Positions 60,692-64,000 of a stretch of 64,000 bases of DNA are shown piece after piece. The stretch's first letter is position 1; each line of letters begins with the position of its first letter. Origin of the DNA: Patescibacteria group bacterium (lineage in GTDB: Bacteria > Patescibacteriota > Minisyncoccia > Phycocordibacterales > WO2-35-19). The notes beneath the pieces are model-generated. The model searched no databases and was not told the DNA's origin. It was given only the letters and a program-made list of their open reading frames with translations. The position numbers and the translations under genes were made by a program. Location of the stretch: NCBI GenBank assembly GCA_038056395.1, contig JBBUFS010000003.1:4344-68343 (forward strand), given 5' to 3'.

Positions 60692-60775
60692 ATCCAAAGC
60701 CGATAAAGCACAAATTATAAAAACAAAAATGGAGAGCCGCCGCAACGACTCCCCACCCAATAATGCTCCTTATTA

Positions 60776-61282
60776 TCAAAGCAATCCTTTAAGTTCCTCA
60801 AAGACGCCCCTTGAATATGTGTCGTGGGTCTTTGGATCGTCCGGATTGAACAAGGTATTGACCATCACCAAAAATCCCGTGTTCTCCTCAAGCGCCTGAA
60901 AGGTGTGCATAATGAACGGGGGGATTCTTACACCCATCCCGTTTGAGAGCTTAAATATACTTATATTGCTGAAAAGGTCTTCACAAACACATTCAAGAGT
61001 CCCGTTGATTACAACGAAAATTTCCTTTCGTATTCGATGGAACTCATTGCCACCGATGCCATTCTTCGGCATATCGCGCACAGAATATACGCGGATGCCA
61101 CGAATGTCCTCCGGGATTTCTTTCAGCTCTTTCTCGTTGTAAGTAAGATAATCCATCAACGTTTCCAACGGCAATCTGAAATGAACATTCAAATTTCCGC
61201 CAGACTTGCTTTTCCAAGGTCCAGTGCTCGCTGTTAGGTTTACTTCACCAACAGACGGAATTTTATTTGGCAGTTGTAGCAT
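60776..61282 (-). CDS. Cupin-fold protein, WxcM/FdtA-like (sugar ketoisomerase-like)
   Basis: GGNEFHRIRKEIFVVINGTLECVCEDL ... IPPFIMHTFQAL. ATG 61282 with AAGAGG upstream. Visibly higher GC than neighbours. Confidence 0.5.
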   Translation of the reverse strand: MLQLPNKIPSVGEVNLTASTGPWKSKSGGNLNVHFRLPLETLMDYLTYNEKELKEIPEDIRGIRVYSVRDMPKNGIGGNEFHRIRKEIFVVINGTLECVCEDLFSNISIFKLSNGMGVRIPPFIMHTFQALEENTGFLVMVNTLFNPDDPKTHDTYSRGVFEELKGLL

Positions 61283-61407
61283 AGAACACCTCTTTCTAGA
61301 GAATATATTAAACATATTCTTTAAAATGTCAATGAAATCGAAATATGATGATATTTTGCTTTTTCCCTTTAAATTGATAAACTTTAACCGTGATTAATAA
61401 ATAATCT

Positions 61408-61881
61408 ATGCACGAGGAAATTCAAGAGCAAATAAAGGAAGCCATGCGGGCTAGAGACCAAGTGAGGTTGACGACTTTGCGGGGTATGCTGGCCGCTTTT
61501 ACGAATGAATCAGTGGCTTTAAAAAGAACTCCTAAAGATAAATTATCCGACGGCGAGGCAGTCGCCGTAATCAGGAGATTGGTAAAACAGAGAAAAGATT
61601 CTATAGAGCAGTTTGAAAAAGGAGGACGCAAAGATTTGGCGGACAATGAAAAGGCGGAACTTAAAGTTTTGGAAGAATTTTTGCCGGCCCAGATGAGTGA
61701 GGAGCAAATTGAAAAGATTGCAAGATTGAAAATTGAAGAATTAAAAATCACCACTTCGACAAGCTCAGGACAGGCAGACAAAAGCAAAATCGGAATTCTG
61801 ACCGGAGCTGTTATGAAGGAATGCAAAGGCCAAGCCGACGGCGCTCTGGTCAAAAAAATTGTTGAAAAAGTTTTGGAATAA
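61408..61881 (+). CDS. yqeY: GatB/YqeY domain protein
   Basis: IKEAMRARDQVRLTTLRGMLAAF..., 157 aa. Confidence 0.85.
   Translation: MHEEIQEQIKEAMRARDQVRLTTLRGMLAAFTNESVALKRTPKDKLSDGEAVAVIRRLVKQRKDSIEQFEKGGRKDLADNEKAELKVLEEFLPAQMSEEQIEKIARLKIEELKITTSTSSGQADKSKIGILTGAVMKECKGQADGALVKKIVEKVLE
61753..61778. repeat. Family A repeat inserted in frame in yqeY (encodes TSTSSGQAD)
   Basis: ACTTCGACAAGCTCAGGACAGGCAGA. Confidence 0.75.
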
Positions 61882-61897
61882 AATTACACAATATTTT

Positions 61898-61928
61898 TAA
61901 AATGGAAGAGGGTTCCCCTCTTCCATTT
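61898..61928. terminator. Bidirectional terminator between yqeY and truB
   Basis: AAAATGGAAGAGGGttcCCCTCTTCCATTTT. Confidence 0.8.
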
Positions 61929-61945
61929 TAGTTTTGTGTTATAAT

Positions 61946-62719
61946 TTATTTTATTGAATCTTCTATTTTGTAATTGCCTACTCGCGTACGGCGGATGGAA
62001 AGGGTAGTAGCACCACAGCCGAGAGTGTTGCCCATATCGTTTACTAGCCCTCTAATATAAGTACCAGATGATACATAGGCGCTGAATTTACCGATAAAAT
62101 ACCCCACCCCTCGCTTCGCGTGGCCCTCCCCTTGGTCAGGAGAGGGAAAACCAAAAAGCACCTGTTTCCACAAAGTTAAAATTTCGTGCTGTCTGAAATC
62201 ACCTGTTACTTTTGAGATATCCATTAAAAGTCTACTGAAAAGTTCTTTGCTGTTTAATAAATCTAATCCATGAAATTGAATTTTGTGGATAGTGATATTT
62301 TTAATGGGAACATCCTCAGAATCTTTTTTCTTCCGAGACTTTCTAGAAGCAATCATCTTTGATGAATAAAATGGATATTCCTGTTCTCTTTCGCCTTCAT
62401 AAATCATTGTAACTCTTCTGACATCACTCTCCAAAAGTTCATGCAATTTTTCCACTCGCATTATTTTTCCTAAAATATCATACGAATCAGTGGCAAAGCC
62501 GAAAATGGAAACAAAATCGTATTCTTTATCAAGCCCCAAAAATTCTTCTTTCCTTTTTACATCTTCGCCACTCGCCATAAGCAAGACTCCTTCGGCTAAC
62601 GGGTCAAGCCGCCCCATATAAGTCATTTTTTGCCCTTTCAATTCAGGCGTGGCTTTGGCAAACCTTTGGATACACTCAAGCGGTGTCTCTCCGCGATTTT
62701 TATAGAGATTGTATATCAT
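61946..62719 (-). CDS. truB: tRNA pseudouridine-55 synthase TruB
   Basis: MGRLDPLAEGVLLMA catalytic Asp motif; 257 aa. Confidence 0.88.
   Translation of the reverse strand: MIYNLYKNRGETPLECIQRFAKATPELKGQKMTYMGRLDPLAEGVLLMASGEDVKRKEEFLGLDKEYDFVSIFGFATDSYDILGKIMRVEKLHELLESDVRRVTMIYEGEREQEYPFYSSKMIASRKSRKKKDSEDVPIKNITIHKIQFHGLDLLNSKELFSRLLMDISKVTGDFRQHEILTLWKQVLFGFPSPDQGEGHAKRGVGYFIGKFSAYVSSGTYIRGLVNDMGNTLGCGATTLSIRRTRVGNYKIEDSIK
62102..62147. repeat. Cloverleaf-family fragment in frame in truB (encodes PSPDQGEGHAKRGVG)
   Basis: CCCCACCCC tcgcttcgcgtgg CCCTCCCCttggtcaGGAGAGGG; outer-arm motif plus CCCTC hairpin. Confidence 0.65.
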
Positions 62720-62732
62720 AAGATTTTGTTTT

Positions 62733-63992
62733 CTAAGTTTTGTATATACTCAAGAATTCTTCTTTAAATTCAAAAAATTTGTCTTTCAAAATCGCCGCGC
62801 GAATTTGAGACATTAAATTGTTTAGGAAGTAAAGATTGTGAATAGTGGCCAGAGTGGCGGCCAGCATTTCTTTGGCGCGGAAGAGATGGGATAGATAGGC
62901 GGCAGTGTAATTTTTGCATGTATAGCATTCGCAGCTCTCCTCAATTTTTGATATTTTATTTTTATATTTTGAATTAGTGATGTTTATTTTACCGCCTTTC
63001 GCATAGAGGGCGCCATTGCGAGCCATCCGAGTAGGCGCCACGCAATCAAAAGTATCGCACCCGTTTTCAACTCCCAAAATCAAATCAATGGGTTCCCCCA
63101 CCCCCAAAAGATGTCTCGGCTTTTCTTCGGGCAAAATTTCGTTGATCCATTTTACAGCTGTGGCTATATCCTCTTTAACAAAAGAGCCGCCTATGCCAAA
63201 ACCTTCAAAATCCATACCAGAAATAATTTTGGCGCTTTCTTTTCTTAAATCTTCATAACGCCCGCCTTGGACGATGCCAAACAGAGCTTGTCGCCCTGAA
63301 TTTTCAATTTTCAATTTACGATTTTCAACCAAACATCTCTCTGCCCACCTATGCGTCCTTCCCATCGCCTTTTTTAAATATTCTTTGGAAGCATGCGGCG
63401 AAGTGCATTCGTCAAAAGCAAAAATGATATCAGCTCCTAAATCATTTTGAATTTGAATTGATTTTTCAGGCGTAAAAAAATGCCTGCTGCCATCTATGAC
63501 TGATTTGAATTCAACCCCATCTTCCGTAATTTTAGCTTTTCTTTCTTCGCCCGCCTTAGCTTTAGCGGCGGGTCTTAATCTTTCCATTATTTCTTCATCT
63601 GGGGTATTAGTGCCTATAAACTTACTCAGTTTATTTCCATAGGCCGCCCCCAGAGAGAAAGCTTGGAAACCGCCGGAATCAGTCATTATCGGTCCAGACC
63701 AATTCATAAAATTATGCAGGCCGCCCGCCTTCGCGAGGCCATAGCCCGTTTCGGCGTGGCGAAGGCCCGCCTTTTTTATTATTTTTTCACCAGGCTCCAG
63801 ATAGAGATGATAGGTATTTGCCAAAACTATTTGAGAACCGGCGCCAGCCACTTGTTCAGGCGCAAGAGATTTCACAGTGGCTTTGGTGCCAACCGCCACA
63901 AAAGCCGGAGTTTGCACTTCTCCATGGGGTGTAGACAAAATCCCCGCTCTGCCGAGAGAATTTTTTATTTTCCTTTCTATTTTAAAACCCAT
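62733..63992 (-). CDS. tgt: Queuine tRNA-ribosyltransferase (tRNA-guanine transglycosylase)
   Basis: TPAFVAVGT, DSGGFQ, zinc site CxCxxC...H (CECYTCKNYTAAYLSHL). Confidence 0.92.
   Translation of the reverse strand: MGFKIERKIKNSLGRAGILSTPHGEVQTPAFVAVGTKATVKSLAPEQVAGAGSQIVLANTYHLYLEPGEKIIKKAGLRHAETGYGLAKAGGLHNFMNWSGPIMTDSGGFQAFSLGAAYGNKLSKFIGTNTPDEEIMERLRPAAKAKAGEERKAKITEDGVEFKSVIDGSRHFFTPEKSIQIQNDLGADIIFAFDECTSPHASKEYLKKAMGRTHRWAERCLVENRKLKIENSGRQALFGIVQGGRYEDLRKESAKIISGMDFEGFGIGGSFVKEDIATAVKWINEILPEEKPRHLLGVGEPIDLILGVENGCDTFDCVAPTRMARNGALYAKGGKINITNSKYKNKISKIEESCECYTCKNYTAAYLSHLFRAKEMLAATLATIHNLYFLNNLMSQIRAAILKDKFFEFKEEFLSIYKT
63548..63574. repeat. Family-B-like hairpin in frame in tgt (encodes RPAAKAKAG)
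   Basis: CCCGCCttagctttagcGGCGGG. Confidence 0.5.
63719..63771. repeat. Family F GC-rich element in frame in tgt (encodes GLRHAETGYGLAKAGG)
   Basis: GGCCGCCCGCCTTCGCGAGGCCATAGCCCGTTTCGGCGTGGCGAAGGCCCGCC; shares CGCCTTCGCG and GCGAAGGC with 51362-51428. Confidence 0.6.
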
Positions 63993-64000
63993 TTTCTACT

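Noticed and set aside
1-64000. CRISPR array or alternative genetic code (UGA recoding)
   Set aside because: - The GC-rich repeats are heterogeneous and irregularly spaced, and no cas genes are present.
- TGA functions as a stop (recR 58219-58221, orphan 59306, RAYT 35809).
- All housekeeping ORFs are intact under code 11.

Overview
This window is a gene-dense, AT-rich bacterial chromosome segment. GC was judged by eye, not computed. It uses the standard genetic code, since TGA terminates recR at 58219-58221. The gene content suggests a small-genome Candidate Phyla Radiation (Patescibacteria/Parcubacteria-like) organism, but that is inference only.

Most of the window is housekeeping:
- Replication, repair and division: smc (partial), rnhB, dnaE, gyrB, dnaB, recR, rmuC, ftsA, ftsZ.
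- Transcription, translation and RNA processing: rnc, nusB, rpmF, thrS, a PheRS, tsf, rpsB, prfA, rpmE, rplY, an S1 protein, pth, rpsU, ybeY, rplU, truB, tgt.
- Central carbon metabolism: fba, a PfkB kinase, split transketolase, rpe, rpiB, gap.
- Others: class II RNR, lepB, trxB, htpX, pheA, VKOR.
- Three tRNAs: Thr-UGU, Val-GAC, Ser-GGA.

Six things go beyond ordinary annotation:
1. **GC-rich palindromic repeat families.** One forms a perfect four-way junction at 42375-42463. The same structure is split open around a DUF559 nuclease gene at 25385-25883. Short members sit in frame inside essential genes (thrS, ftsA, yqeY, rnhB, rplU, gap, truB, tgt, and probably gyrB, rplY, recR). This resembles Rickettsia palindromic elements.
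2. **A TasA-like fibre operon.** Five translationally coupled genes at 43531-48092 encode SipW-type signal-peptide proteins, an archaeal/ER-type signal peptidase, a membrane-anchored FN3 protein and a CAP protein.
3. **A RAYT (IS200-like) cassette.** It is flanked by inverted REP hairpins and lies between two copies of the pth 3' end.
4. **Two translation-initiation styles.** About 20 native genes have a TATAAT-like hexamer 6-8 nt before the ATG and no Shine-Dalgarno, implying leaderless mRNAs. Several isolated GC-rich orphan genes instead carry strong GGAGG sites and their own terminators.
5. **A candidate structured RNA.** It is about 200 nt long, has a consensus promoter and lies upstream of rpmE-prfA.
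6. **Unusual protein architectures.** These are a monomeric mitochondrial-type PheRS, a NusB-Nudix fusion and a catalytically degenerate HisRS-like paralog.

No CRISPR array, rRNA, integrase or phage structural gene was seen.
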